DNA of 41,934 nucleotides from a virus (lineage: Duplodnaviria; Caudoviricetes): positions 1 to 41,934 of IMG/VR virus record IMGVR_UViG_3300043429_000229; one strand, 5' to 3'. The notes beneath the pieces were generated by a model that searched no databases, had not been told where the DNA came from, and was given only the letters and a program-made list of their open reading frames with translations. The translations under genes were made by a program, and so were the position numbers. This document shows positions 17,394 through 26,594 of this stretch, piece by piece. Every line of letters starts with the position of its first letter. Position 1 is the first letter of the stretch.

Positions 17394-17956
17394 TATCGGC
17401 CCCCAAATCGTACAAACACGGCGCGGCCGCTGTCTAAACCTTGCGCAATGCGCTTGCGGCGCACCTCGCGTGCCACGTCAGCCTTCAGCTTTGTTTCCAA
17501 AGCGATCAGGTCGGCCATGGGCATCTTTTTCAGCGAACGGTTGCCGATGCTGTATTCCTGAACGCTGCCGCCACTGACGCGGGCGCGCATTTCCGCGCGG
17601 ATGGCGTCCAAGTCGATTTCGAACTGGCTGCGGCCGTCGAACGTGTTGCCTGACGCTGGGATGTTGGCCTGCGTTTCGATCTTGCCGGTGCCGATGGTGT
17701 AGCGTTCGCCATCCTTGGTCACGACCATCTGCCACCAGTGGCCGTTCACATGCAGCGCTGCGGTCTGTGTGGCGGTGATGGTGAAGTTCCAACCGCCTGC
17801 GCCGTCAGCTTGGCCGGTAATGTTCAGCGCGTCGTTGCCTGTGGCATGGCGCAGCGCGAACGTAGCCGTCCAGCCAGCCGTGCTGCTGTAGTCGGAGGTG
17901 GCTGGCTCGTTCCACTTTACAGTGTCGCCAGCGTAGATAAGGGCAGGGACGTTCAT
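17393..17956 (-). CDS. Head completion protein, gpW-like C-terminus with an extra N-terminal domain
   Basis: VQEYSIGNRSL..DL..L gpW-like motif; between terL and portal. Confidence 0.75.
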   Translation of the reverse strand: MNVPALIYAGDTVKWNEPATSDYSSTAGWTATFALRHATGNDALNITGQADGAGGWNFTITATQTAALHVNGHWWQMVVTKDGERYTIGTGKIETQANIPASGNTFDGRSQFEIDLDAIRAEMRARVSGGSVQEYSIGNRSLKKMPMADLIALETKLKADVAREVRRKRIAQGLDSGRAVFVRFGGR

Positions 17957-17959
17957 GGT

Positions 17960-19843
17960 TTACCAGTTCGTCATAAAGTTGTTTCGCGCTATTTTAGCCT
18001 GTCTGCGCCTATTCTGCGGTTCGGGTGCCTTTTCTGCCTCTTGTTTTGGCGTGACATTCAATGACTTTTCGAACTGATCCCAGATCGTTCGGCGGTTGAA
18101 TCGGGTGTAAAGCCATTGCAGCGCGGCGTAGCCGTAGACCAAAGTGTCCAGCGCTTCGTTGCGCGCGCCCGACTTTTTGACCCATTCGCGCACCGGAAAA
18201 CCCTTCACGTATTTCGTGATCTGCTTTTCGGCGGTCAGCTGGTCGAAGTAGTCCCGCGGCAGCTCCGCATGAAAGTGCAGGAACCCAGGTCCTGGCTCGT
18301 TTAGCTTCATGCGTGCGAACACCGTCGACTTGATGGTGTCCGTGCCGACTGGGTAGACCTCGGCGCCGCCTTTGATCTTCTGTCCCTTCCAGTTCAGATC
18401 CACCTTGGTCGGTTTGCCGATGGCCTGTTTGCCGCGTTGTGACTGACCCTTGATGGCGAACACGTTGTGCTTTCGGCGGTCGCGCGCGTAGGCGTAGACC
18501 TCGCTGGTGAAGTGACCACCGCTGTCGATGGCCGTGGCCGCGATCTTGATGGGCTGCGCCAGCTCATGCGCCACCGGCTTCAGCACCACTTCGTCCAGCT
18601 GTGCCCACAGCTTTGGCTGCGACGGGTCGCCGTAGATCTCCATGTGGTCGATGATCCAGCCTTCCTCGTCGCGGCCCCAGCCCCACAGCGACACCGCCAG
18701 CCGGTTGTCCTGCACGTCGACCGAACAGGTGACTGCCAGCGTGCGCGCCGGCGCAACGCCTGGCGTGTAGAACTCGACGCGGCTTTTCAGGTCGTCCGCA
18801 CCCAGCTTGGCGCTGTAGTCGTCTTCCCACGTTTCGCCCAGCACCGTGTTCACAAAGGTTTTCAGCAGCGACGGGTCGCCCTTGGCCTGCATGAACTCGG
18901 CCGCGATCTCTGACCACGACTTCCAGCCCAGCGGCGAATACAGCGACGACAGGTGGAAACCCACCGTCTTGCCGTCACCAGGTGCAGTCGCACGCCATTC
19001 GCCATTGGCCAGCATGTCGGCTTTGTGGCGTTCCTCAATCAGCGTGCCGCATTCGTCGCAGGCGTAGGCCGCCGTCTGCGGGTCGTCGTTGTCCCATTTC
19101 AGGTTGCCCCACTTCAGCCACTGGCTGTGGTCGCAGTGCGGGCACGCCACGAAATACTTGCGCTGATCGCTGCGCAGATATTCGCGCTCGATGCGCGACA
19201 CGTCTTTCACTGTCGGCGTGCTGCACATGTAGACCTTGCGCCGTGCGAACGTGGTCGTGCGCTTTTCCGCCAGCTGAATCGGGTCACCTTCGCCGTCCAC
19301 GTCCAGCGGGTAGGCGTCGATCTCGTCCAGGAACAGGTAGCGCACTGGCATCGACCGCAGGCCGGCCGCGCTGTTCGCTCCGCTGATGATCAGCACGCCA
19401 CCGTCGAACTCTTTGGTCATCATGCTGTTGGACGCATCGCGGCTGGCGTTGTTGGCGATGCGTTCGTGCAGGATCGGCGTTTCCTCGATCATGGGCGCCA
19501 GTCGCTGTTTGCTGAACCGCTTGGCCGTGTCGACCGTTGGCTGCACCAGTAACATTGGACCAGGCGCGTGATGGATCACGAAGCCCAACCAGTTGTTGCC
19601 GGTTTCGGACTTGCCCACCTGCGCGCCAGCCATGAACACCACGCGCTGCGCTGGGCTGCTGGGCGACATTTCGTCCATGATCTCGCGCAGGTATGGCGTG
19701 CGCTCAGTGCGCCAGCGGCCAGGCTCGGCCGACGCTTTCTGCGACAGCATGCGGTTGGCATCTGCCCACGTGCTGACCGTGTAGTCTGGATCGGGTCGCA
19801 GGCCGTTGGCGAACGCCGTGCGATAAACGATGGCGCCGTCCAT
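17960..19843 (-). CDS. terL: Terminase large subunit, lambda gpA family
   Basis: AQVGKSE Walker A, LFLDEID Walker B, CPHC..CDEC zinc motif, RNEALD. Confidence 0.96.
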   Translation of the reverse strand: MDGAIVYRTAFANGLRPDPDYTVSTWADANRMLSQKASAEPGRWRTERTPYLREIMDEMSPSSPAQRVVFMAGAQVGKSETGNNWLGFVIHHAPGPMLLVQPTVDTAKRFSKQRLAPMIEETPILHERIANNASRDASNSMMTKEFDGGVLIISGANSAAGLRSMPVRYLFLDEIDAYPLDVDGEGDPIQLAEKRTTTFARRKVYMCSTPTVKDVSRIEREYLRSDQRKYFVACPHCDHSQWLKWGNLKWDNDDPQTAAYACDECGTLIEERHKADMLANGEWRATAPGDGKTVGFHLSSLYSPLGWKSWSEIAAEFMQAKGDPSLLKTFVNTVLGETWEDDYSAKLGADDLKSRVEFYTPGVAPARTLAVTCSVDVQDNRLAVSLWGWGRDEEGWIIDHMEIYGDPSQPKLWAQLDEVVLKPVAHELAQPIKIAATAIDSGGHFTSEVYAYARDRRKHNVFAIKGQSQRGKQAIGKPTKVDLNWKGQKIKGGAEVYPVGTDTIKSTVFARMKLNEPGPGFLHFHAELPRDYFDQLTAEKQITKYVKGFPVREWVKKSGARNEALDTLVYGYAALQWLYTRFNRRTIWDQFEKSLNVTPKQEAEKAPEPQNRRRQAKIARNNFMTNW

Positions 19844-20355
19844 CAGTCGAACTTCAGGTCTTCAAGCGCGCGTCGGATCTCTTTGGTCAGCATCTGATGC
19901 ACTTTGAATTGGTTTGTCTCTGCGGCCAGCACGCCGGCCACACGGTCTGGCAGGTTCAGCAGTGCGTCGCGCACCTGCCTGGCTGCCTTGAAGGCTTCAC
20001 GCTGCACCACGTCAGCTTCCACCAGTTTGCCTTCGCGCTGTTCCAGTTCCAGCTCGGCCAGTCGCATCTTGAACTGTTCGTGCTTGGCGCGGGCTTCGGC
20101 GTAGGTCATCCCGTCTTCGGATTCGACGGCCACAGGCTCTGCTGCGGGTTTGTTTTTGGCGTGCGCCAGCGAACCGGTGCCGCTGTCTGTGTTGGCGGCC
20201 CACTCTTTGTCGGCCAGCTCGACGTCCACCAAGTAGCGGCCGGATTCTTGACGCGTCACGGATGCCTGCAGACGGCCTTTTCTGATGGCGTCGAAGACAC
20301 CTTCAGGGCTGCATTTGCGGTGCTTTGCGTATGCGGTAGGGGTAACAGTAGGCAT
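19843..20355 (-). CDS. terS: Terminase small subunit (Nu1-like)
   Basis: N-terminal wHTH-like segment and ARAKHE..LAELEL..EGKLV coiled coil; 1-nt overlap with terL. Confidence 0.85.
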   Translation of the reverse strand: MPTVTPTAYAKHRKCSPEGVFDAIRKGRLQASVTRQESGRYLVDVELADKEWAANTDSGTGSLAHAKNKPAAEPVAVESEDGMTYAEARAKHEQFKMRLAELELEQREGKLVEADVVQREAFKAARQVRDALLNLPDRVAGVLAAETNQFKVHQMLTKEIRRALEDLKFD

Positions 20356-20398
20356 TTAGCGTTCAAGTAGTAATGTTAGCGCCCACTAACCAAAGATC

Positions 20399-20442
20399 GC
20401 GCGGGGGAATGACCCACGACAGACCCCACCCAGGAAGGACCC
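20399..20442 (-). other. Putative cos site (cosQ plus cosN-like)
   Basis: The minus strand has GGGTCCT (the lambda cosQ sequence, 20436..20442) about 20 nt before CGTGGGTCATTCCCCCGCG, just upstream of terS, as in lambdoid cos. Confidence 0.65.
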
Positions 20443-20472
20443 GCGATTTTTCTGTGGTGTAGAAACAACACA

Positions 20473-21144
20473 TCATCGGGCTGTCCTCATGGCCAAGGTC
20501 CATGCGTTGCGCAGCTCGGTGTCGAAGCGCTGACGCACGACACGTGCGCCAATGCCTGGCATGTCCAGTCGCTTGCGATAGTCCCTTGGTTCAGCGAAGA
20601 CCATCAGTGCCTTGATGCGCTTGCCACCTGCCATGCGTTCGTAGATGCCATACCCACGCGATGCGTTCTGGCCTTGGCCCTGTGGTTTGCCGATGAAGTA
20701 CTTGCGATTGCCTTGTTGTGTGATGCGCTTGATGGTGGCCAAGCTCACACCACCTGATGCGTCCAGCCTGATGTTGCGGGTGGGCACCAGCTTGCCTGTG
20801 CCAGCTTCGGCATCAGCGTTGGTTGTTGCATCGACCCTGCGTTCGAACGCCTTGATGCGTCGCCCACCACCTTGCACGCCGAACTTTAGGTATCGGGCTT
20901 GTCTGTCCTTGGCGAACACGATGGCAGTCAGGCTGTCTTTGCGCGCCATCTGCACTGCGAACGCCTGACGCGTGAATGCGTTGGGCCGGTCGAACGCTGT
21001 GGGCAGCTGTTGCTTGATCTCGGCCTGCACCAGCTTGGCTGTGGCTGTCAGTGCCTTGGCAATGGTGAACGGCGCCTGCCTGCTGGTGAATTGTTCCAGC
21101 TTGGGCATGATGGCTTTGATGTTGGATTCGACTGTGATCTGCAT
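20473..21144 (-). CDS. Tail completion/neck protein, gpZ-like
   Basis: Basic protein with QAPFTIAKALTATAK..FDRP..FT pattern. Confidence 0.65.
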   Translation of the reverse strand: MQITVESNIKAIMPKLEQFTSRQAPFTIAKALTATAKLVQAEIKQQLPTAFDRPNAFTRQAFAVQMARKDSLTAIVFAKDRQARYLKFGVQGGGRRIKAFERRVDATTNADAEAGTGKLVPTRNIRLDASGGVSLATIKRITQQGNRKYFIGKPQGQGQNASRGYGIYERMAGGKRIKALMVFAEPRDYRKRLDMPGIGARVVRQRFDTELRNAWTLAMRTAR

Positions 21145-21224
21145 GGTTTGAATGATAGCGCCAGGTTGGAATTGGCGCTGATGTGTTTTCCGTGAATGTT
21201 AGTGAGTACTAACTAAGTTGATGG

Positions 21225-21430
21225 TGGGGGGGTCGTATGGGGGCCATGGGGTCGTCACTTTCCTATGTGCGCTCGTGCTTACGCGTGCTGCCATTTCCCT
21301 CTTATATCCTTCATATATATGTAACGACCCCAAGTGACCCCATATGTCCGCAAGCCAATGCCAGCGCGGGTTTGATGGGGGGTCATGGGGCGGGGTCACT
21401 ATGCCTGCTATGCAAATAAGTGACCCCCGA
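21225..21430. promoter_or_regulatory. Putative replication origin with GGGGTC/GACCCC repeats
   Basis: About seven GGGGTC motifs in both orientations around an AT-rich tract (ttatatccttcatatatatg), immediately downstream of primase-VirE. Confidence 0.5.
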
Positions 21431-21434
21431 TTGA

Positions 21435-23525
21435 TCAAAATGGCTGATCTTGGTCGCCTGTCTTGGGTGGCACCAACACACGACGCACGCCGTGGGTTTT
21501 CTTGGCTGCTCCGTTGTTCAGCTTCCTGATGATGTGGCCGGCTGTGTTCAGTTGGTTGCGTTCTGGTCGCTCGATGCCGACCTCGATCAGCACGTCCAGC
21601 ACGGTCATCCATCGCCAGATTGCGTTGGGTGCTTGCCAGTCCAGTCGTGACATAAGGCGGTCTTCGATTGGGTCGCGGACCTCGAATTCCGTGTTGGCCT
21701 CGTTCAGCTTGGCCATCTCGTCGGGCTGCAAGAACCAAGTCTCGCCGGCTTCGTACATCTGGTAAAACTCGGCCCAGACCTGCTGCATGTCCAGATTGTG
21801 GCTGTGGTCGATGTGTTCGCACTCGATGGTCCAGTAGCGTCGGTTGCCGGTAATGTCGTGCAGGAATTCGCGGGGGTTCACGCTGGCAAAGAACACGGTG
21901 CGGCGTCCGTATTCCGATTCACGCCTTGCGTATGCTCGACGCAGCACGTCGCGGTCGCGGGTCAGAAACGACTTTAGGGCTGCGATGTCTGACTTGCGGA
22001 ACGTCGCATCCAGTTCGCCCAGCTCCACCAGCCAGAAGCTGCACGCCTGCTTGACGCTGTCTTTGTCGTCTGGGCGCAAGATCCAGCCGTCTTGGGCCAG
22101 TCGCGTGCTGTCTGGCACCAGCGACTTGAACCACTTGGTCTTGCCCAGGTATTGGTCGCCCTGCAACACCAGCACGCCGTGGGCGCTCACGCCGTCAGGT
22201 CTGAAAGCCGCGGCGATGGCGCTGATCATCCAGCGCTTCATCAGCGTTTCCTTCAGGGTCTGGTCTTGGCCCTTGGCCGTCACGGTGTTGTAGAACGCCT
22301 TGATGCGGCTCACGCCGTCCCATGGGCGGCTGGTCACGTAGTTGATGGCTGGGTTGTACAGGTTCTGGTCTGCCAAGAACGTCACGAAGTCACCGATCTG
22401 GCCGGTTGGGTAGTTGAACTTGGCGCATTGGGATGACAGCCACGCCAGGCTTGCGTTGGCTTTGTTGTCCACGCTGAAGTTCACGCCTGGGATCAGGATC
22501 TCGTCGTCCTTGCGGATGACGTCGTAGCGGATGGTCACATCCAGTCGCCGGCAGATTTCGTGCAGGTTCTCGATGGTGGCCAGTGGCTTGCCGCGTGACC
22601 CGATGTACGGCAGCGGCGTCATGTCGATTGGCTGGTTGTCGTTGGCAACCACCACGTCGCGAACCGCCTCGATGCCGTCGGCCACAGCCACGTCGTTCCA
22701 GTCGCCGGCAATGTCTGGCACGACCACCTTGGCCCCGACGGATTCGGCAGCCTTGGTCGCCTTGGTCACGCCTGGGTTTCCTTTGGTATTCAGGTCGTTG
22801 TCGGCCCAGATCTCGATGTCGATGTGCGCTGGCAGGCGCTTGCGAATGGCGTCGCAGACGGGCTGCAGGTTCCCTGCGTCGAACGCCACGGCCACTGGGC
22901 AGCCATGCGCCATGTGCAGGCTTGCGCCGGTCGCGTAGCCCTCGGCCACGATCACGCGGTCAACGGGTGCGCCGCCGATCTTGTAGTAGCAGCCGCGCTT
23001 CATGCCGCCCTTCAGGAACAGCTTGTTGCCTTCGGCGTCGATGAACTGCAGGGACTGGATGACGCCATCGGGTGATGTGACAGGCAGCACCAAACTTCCG
23101 CGGCTCTCGCGCAGTCCGAACGACTTGACCTGCTTGCGCACCAAGTATGGGTGGTTGTCGTTCGCCGGTGGTGATGCGTTCCAGATGGATGCGGCACGTT
23201 CGCGGGCCTCTGCGCGGATTTGCTCTTGTTCGGCTTCGCGTTGTTTGCGCGCATCGTCCATGCGGCGCGCATATTCCCTGCGTTCATCTGGCGTGAATTC
23301 GTGTTCTGACTTGCTGCACCAAGTGCCGCTGATGTCGTGCTTCCAGCTGCCAAATGCGCCGGCCGGCACGCCGTCACCGTGCATGACGTACCACCCGTTG
23401 TTGCTGCGTGGCTTGTCGCCTTCAAGCTGGACGCGGTGGATCTTGCCGTCGTCGATGATTTCGTCGTTGGTGTGTAGTCCAACCGCCGCCATTGCGTCGC
23501 GGAATTGTTCGATTGGGCTGATCAT
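21435..23525 (-). CDS. Toprim primase fused to VirE/VapE-family helicase
   Basis: EGYATG..AVAFDAGNL..ADND Toprim; GDQYLGKT Walker A, ELGELD and GNRRYW VirE motifs. Confidence 0.92.
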   Translation of the reverse strand: MISPIEQFRDAMAAVGLHTNDEIIDDGKIHRVQLEGDKPRSNNGWYVMHGDGVPAGAFGSWKHDISGTWCSKSEHEFTPDERREYARRMDDARKQREAEQEQIRAEARERAASIWNASPPANDNHPYLVRKQVKSFGLRESRGSLVLPVTSPDGVIQSLQFIDAEGNKLFLKGGMKRGCYYKIGGAPVDRVIVAEGYATGASLHMAHGCPVAVAFDAGNLQPVCDAIRKRLPAHIDIEIWADNDLNTKGNPGVTKATKAAESVGAKVVVPDIAGDWNDVAVADGIEAVRDVVVANDNQPIDMTPLPYIGSRGKPLATIENLHEICRRLDVTIRYDVIRKDDEILIPGVNFSVDNKANASLAWLSSQCAKFNYPTGQIGDFVTFLADQNLYNPAINYVTSRPWDGVSRIKAFYNTVTAKGQDQTLKETLMKRWMISAIAAAFRPDGVSAHGVLVLQGDQYLGKTKWFKSLVPDSTRLAQDGWILRPDDKDSVKQACSFWLVELGELDATFRKSDIAALKSFLTRDRDVLRRAYARRESEYGRRTVFFASVNPREFLHDITGNRRYWTIECEHIDHSHNLDMQQVWAEFYQMYEAGETWFLQPDEMAKLNEANTEFEVRDPIEDRLMSRLDWQAPNAIWRWMTVLDVLIEVGIERPERNQLNTAGHIIRKLNNGAAKKTHGVRRVLVPPKTGDQDQPF

Positions 23526-23767
23526 TTGTCGGCCCCTTCGACGGTGGTGTACCGCAGCTTCCTGTCGCGGGCTTCCATGGCGGTGGCCAATGCGACAACG
23601 TCACGCGCTGTGAAGTCACGGACGCGGTGTTCGAGCAGGATGCGCTTGGCCAGATCCACGTAGTCGTGGATGACATGGGCGACTTCTAATTGGATGGGTT
23701 TGTTGGCCATGTCGCGAATGCGCGACTGAAATGGCATTGATGCTGGGGAAAGATCTTCGGATGACAT
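23522..23767 (-). CDS. Hypothetical protein
   Basis: ATGA overlap with the primase; start could be a later Met. Confidence 0.6.
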   Translation of the reverse strand: MSSEDLSPASMPFQSRIRDMANKPIQLEVAHVIHDYVDLAKRILLEHRVRDFTARDVVALATAMEARDRKLRYTTVEGADK

Positions 23768-23834
23768 ACGAACCTTGGTTGAGCGCTACATTGGAAACAG
23801 ACAGGCCGCGCTGCAATGCCTGTCTGCGTTTGAA

Positions 23835-24017
23835 TCATAACTCCGTTTTTACCTGCTTCAGCAGTGACCGAATCGCCCAAGCCACTGCGCCTGGCACTTT
23901 AGTGTAGCCCTTGCGCCAGTTGATGATCGTCTGGTCGCTGACGCCGAAGATGCCTTGCATGTCCTTGTTTTTCATGCCCAGCACCGCCTGTGCGCGTACA
24001 AATTCATGCGATGTCAT
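23835..24017 (-). CDS. Small XRE/Cro-type HTH protein (60 aa)
   Basis: LGMKNKDMQGIFGVSDQTIINWRKG HTH; start revised to the ATG overlapping the upstream stop. Confidence 0.75.
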   Translation of the reverse strand: MTSHEFVRAQAVLGMKNKDMQGIFGVSDQTIINWRKGYTKVPGAVAWAIRSLLKQVKTEL

Positions 24018-24130
24018 TGCTGCCCCCTCAAACACCAAGCCACCCACCCAGCCAGCACCGCGATGGTCAGCGCAGCGCTGGCGAAGATCAGGCCCAGCAG
24101 CGTCAGCAGGGATTGTGTGTCTGTTGTCAT
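24014..24130 (-). CDS. 38-aa single-TM peptide (not in the ORF track)
   Basis: MTTDTQSLLTLLGLIFASAALTIAVLAGWVAWCLRGQQ; ATGA overlaps at both ends. Confidence 0.6.
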   Translation of the reverse strand: MTTDTQSLLTLLGLIFASAALTIAVLAGWVAWCLRGQQ

Positions 24131-24504
24131 GGCTTCCCCTTGATGCCGTGGGCGGCTTCGATGGCTCTGGCAAAACGCACAGCGCAGTCCTTGTCCCAGT
24201 CGAACTTGTCTGCGATGTCGATGATCTTTTGTCCGATCAGCGGCTCACGCTTTGGCTGTGGGTCCGCGTAAAGATTTCCCTCTTTGGCGTTGTGCGCGGC
24301 ATCAACGCTGTGCCATTCCAACCTTACCGTTGCGCCATCCGCCACCACCTTCGCCACAGGCTCTTGCTTCTCTGCCTCTGCGATGGCTTGGCGTAGGGAT
24401 GCGAGTTTGTTTTCATCAACTAGGCCAATTCCTAGTGAGCGTAGACACCAAGCCTTGATGTGTTCAAGCTCATCACGCGCCTGTTTCATTGCTTCCAAAC
24501 TCAT
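24127..24504 (-). CDS. Hypothetical phage protein
   Basis: MSLEAMKQA..LRQAI..QEPVA..FARAIEAAHGI mosaic motifs typical of proteobacterial phage accessory genes. Confidence 0.75.
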   Translation of the reverse strand: MSLEAMKQARDELEHIKAWCLRSLGIGLVDENKLASLRQAIAEAEKQEPVAKVVADGATVRLEWHSVDAAHNAKEGNLYADPQPKREPLIGQKIIDIADKFDWDKDCAVRFARAIEAAHGIKGKP

Positions 24505-24887
24505 ACCCTCGCACCGATCCTTTCTTCGACCTGTCGTCGTGTCAGTCCCATGTTGAAAACGCTGTTCATCTTGAACCGCGCCACCTTCGCCTGGATGTAG
24601 CGTCGTTTGTTGGCCGCAGTGTCCGCCTTCGGCCGCTTGGCGTCTGGTTTGTCGCCAATGGCGTAGACCGCGCGCGGATAGCGTCGCTGTCCCTCTTGGT
24701 CGTAGACGTAGGCGGTGATGTAGACGCGCTTTGGCTTTGTGGCCGACGTCCTGGCCAACCGGTTTGCAACGGCGGCGCCAATGCCTCGATCAAGCCCCAG
24801 GTGATTGCACAGCTCCACGCGGGTCATTGGACCGATGGTTTCCAGCGCGTTCAGGATGCGCTCCGATACTTCGCCCCACTTGGTCAT
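24501..24887 (-). CDS. Basic winged-HTH-like hypothetical protein
   Basis: ILNALETIGPMTRVELCNHLG; RRYPRAVYAIGDKPDA; start revised to the ATG at 24887. Confidence 0.7.
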   Translation of the reverse strand: MTKWGEVSERILNALETIGPMTRVELCNHLGLDRGIGAAVANRLARTSATKPKRVYITAYVYDQEGQRRYPRAVYAIGDKPDAKRPKADTAANKRRYIQAKVARFKMNSVFNMGLTRRQVEERIGARV

Positions 24888-25138
24888 GCGTTGCCCTCGC
24901 AGTGGCCGTACCCGTGGCACTTGTAGCAGGTCGAACCGTCGTACATTCCTTCGCCGGACCCGTTGCAGGCCGAACAGATGTCGTCTTCGTCGTCGTCTTC
25001 AGGCTCGATGTCGGTGTCGTCAGGCTCCATGGTGATCGGCAGTTCTTTCCTGCCGAACGTTGCCGCCCAGTTGTCTGCGAATGTCTTGGTGTCCACGCTC
25101 AGTGGGCGTGGTGCTGATCCTTTGCCGCCGTCGCTCAT
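24884..25138 (-). CDS. Hypothetical protein with DnaJ-type zinc finger
   Basis: CSACNGSG and CYKCHGYG (CxxCxGxG) after an acidic tract. Confidence 0.7.
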   Translation of the reverse strand: MSDGGKGSAPRPLSVDTKTFADNWAATFGRKELPITMEPDDTDIEPEDDDEDDICSACNGSGEGMYDGSTCYKCHGYGHCEGNA

Positions 25139-25338
25139 GTCCGCAGCTCCTTGACTGTGCGCTCGACAGCGTCCAGCGCGATCTGGCGTGCCTTGTCCAG
25201 CAGTTCGCGCAGGTCCGCGATCATCTGCTCTTGAATGATCACCATCTGTTGCAGCTGTTTAAATTCAGCGTCGGCGTCGAAGCTGTCGACGATCACGCCC
25301 TCGTCATTGCGCACTAGGCGCACATAGTTGGTTGTCAT
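25135..25338 (-). CDS. Hypothetical coiled-coil protein
   Basis: ATGA overlaps on both sides. Confidence 0.65.
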   Translation of the reverse strand: MTTNYVRLVRNDEGVIVDSFDADAEFKQLQQMVIIQEQMIADLRELLDKARQIALDAVERTVKELRT

Positions 25339-25799
25339 ATTTTCCTTGCCCCACCGCTTCGCACGATGGCTGCCACTTTCTTGATGGCGGTTTCCAGTTG
25401 TTTGACGTTCACGGCTTCCAGCTGTGCGTCGTGAATTTCCATGGCCCAGTTGATCGCGGTCAGCTCTGGGCCGCTGCAGATGAACTTGTCGCCCAGCCCA
25501 ACACCGCGGCTGGCCATCTGGCGCAATGCATCCTGGCTTTCGCGGATCTGCGCTCGGTAGGCTTCGCCCACGTTTTGCAGGGTCAGCGCTTCGGCCATGT
25601 TCAGGGCGGCCACCACGGTGTCGATGTCACCGCGCACGCCTTTGCCCTGTGCAATGGACGCCAGCGCGTCGTGGTTTCGGATGCGCAGGATGACCAGCGC
25701 GTCGTCGATCTCGGCCAATGGTTTCAGGCCGATGCTGACGTGCGCCATGGTGTCCATGATCACGCCGCGTGGTCGGTACTTGCTGCGCTTGCGGGTCAT
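25335..25799 (-). CDS. Conserved hypothetical phage protein
   Basis: MTRKRSKYRPR N-terminus; operon packing. Confidence 0.75.
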   Translation of the reverse strand: MTRKRSKYRPRGVIMDTMAHVSIGLKPLAEIDDALVILRIRNHDALASIAQGKGVRGDIDTVVAALNMAEALTLQNVGEAYRAQIRESQDALRQMASRGVGLGDKFICSGPELTAINWAMEIHDAQLEAVNVKQLETAIKKVAAIVRSGGARKI

Positions 25800-25888
25800 T
25801 TGGCCACCACCACGCAGGCCATGAACACGCCGGTCAGGATGCCCGCAAAAAATGCAAACAAAACAGCCTTCAGGTCGTCGTCGTTCAT
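25796..25888 (-). CDS. 30-aa single-TM peptide
   Basis: MNDDDLKAVLFAFFAGILTGVFMACVVVAK; ATGA overlaps. Confidence 0.55.
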   Translation of the reverse strand: MNDDDLKAVLFAFFAGILTGVFMACVVVAK

Positions 25889-26082
25889 TTCCCGCCAGCC
25901 TTGCTGAAGTAGTAGAACGCTTTTGGTTCTAGGCTGCGGCTGTCCACCATGGACATTTGCACGCCTTCTTTGCGTTTCTTGTTGACCACGCCGGACTGGG
26001 TGCGGGCGTTCATTGCTGCGCGCTCCATGCCTTTGGTGTCGATCTTGATGATCGGGTTTTTTATGTCGAATGCGTTGGTCAT
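25885..26082 (-). CDS. Hypothetical protein
   Basis: 65 aa with ATGA overlaps. Confidence 0.6.
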   Translation of the reverse strand: MTNAFDIKNPIIKIDTKGMERAAMNARTQSGVVNKKRKEGVQMSMVDSRSLEPKAFYYFSKAGGK

Positions 26083-26168
26083 AGTGGTGCGTCTTCAAAG
26101 TTTTCGGGATTGAACCGTGGCGGCTTGCCACCGGCTGGGATTGGTTGGGCTGGGAATGGCCAGGTCAT
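26079..26168 (-). CDS. 29-aa Pro-rich peptide (not in the ORF track)
   Basis: MTWPFPAQPIPAGGKPPRFNPENFEDAPL exactly fills the gap with ATGA overlaps. Confidence 0.55.
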   Translation of the reverse strand: MTWPFPAQPIPAGGKPPRFNPENFEDAPL

Positions 26169-26368
26169 TGCTGGCCGTCCTTGGCTTCGTGACGCTTTCG
26201 CTCGGCCTTGGTGCCGGCCGTGAAGCCCGACAGCACGCCGGCGCAGGCTGCGTCTTTCAGCAGCCGCGCCAGGTGTTGTTTGTTGATCATGTGGCTGGTT
26301 TCTTGTTGCAGCAGCTTTGCGACGATGTGGTCGATGTCAGCGCGCAGGTTTGGGTCCATGATCGGCAT
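26165..26368 (-). CDS. Hypothetical protein (67 aa)
   Basis: Start revised to MPIMDPNL, 2 nt after the upstream stop. Confidence 0.55.
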   Translation of the reverse strand: MPIMDPNLRADIDHIVAKLLQQETSHMINKQHLARLLKDAACAGVLSGFTAGTKAERKRHEAKDGQQ

Positions 26369-26370
26369 GT

Positions 26371-26547
26371 TCAGCCCCAGATCTTGATGATCAACAGGCA
26401 GGCGATCACAGCGACGATGCTGACGCCGATGATCAGCTTGTCTTGCCATTCCATTTTGGATGGCGGGTCGCGGTGGATTGATGCGCCCCATGCGTAGAAG
26501 GTGGCTTCGTCCATGGTGCGTGGTGTGGTGAAGTGGCTGGGTTTCAT
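26371..26547 (-). CDS. 58-aa protein with C-terminal TM helix (not in the ORF track)
   Basis: MKPSHFTTPRT..DKLIIGVSIVAVIACLLIIKIWG; strong RBS GAAAGGA upstream. Confidence 0.7.
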   Translation of the reverse strand: MKPSHFTTPRTMDEATFYAWGASIHRDPPSKMEWQDKLIIGVSIVAVIACLLIIKIWG

Positions 26548-26594
26548 TTTGCGGTCCTTTCGTTGTTGGGCTGCACCGTGCTGCCCATGACCGC

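Noticed and set aside
21199-21822. 207-aa minus-strand ORF over the origin region
   Set aside because: Out-of-frame overlap with primase-VirE; Arg/Pro-rich non-protein-like composition.
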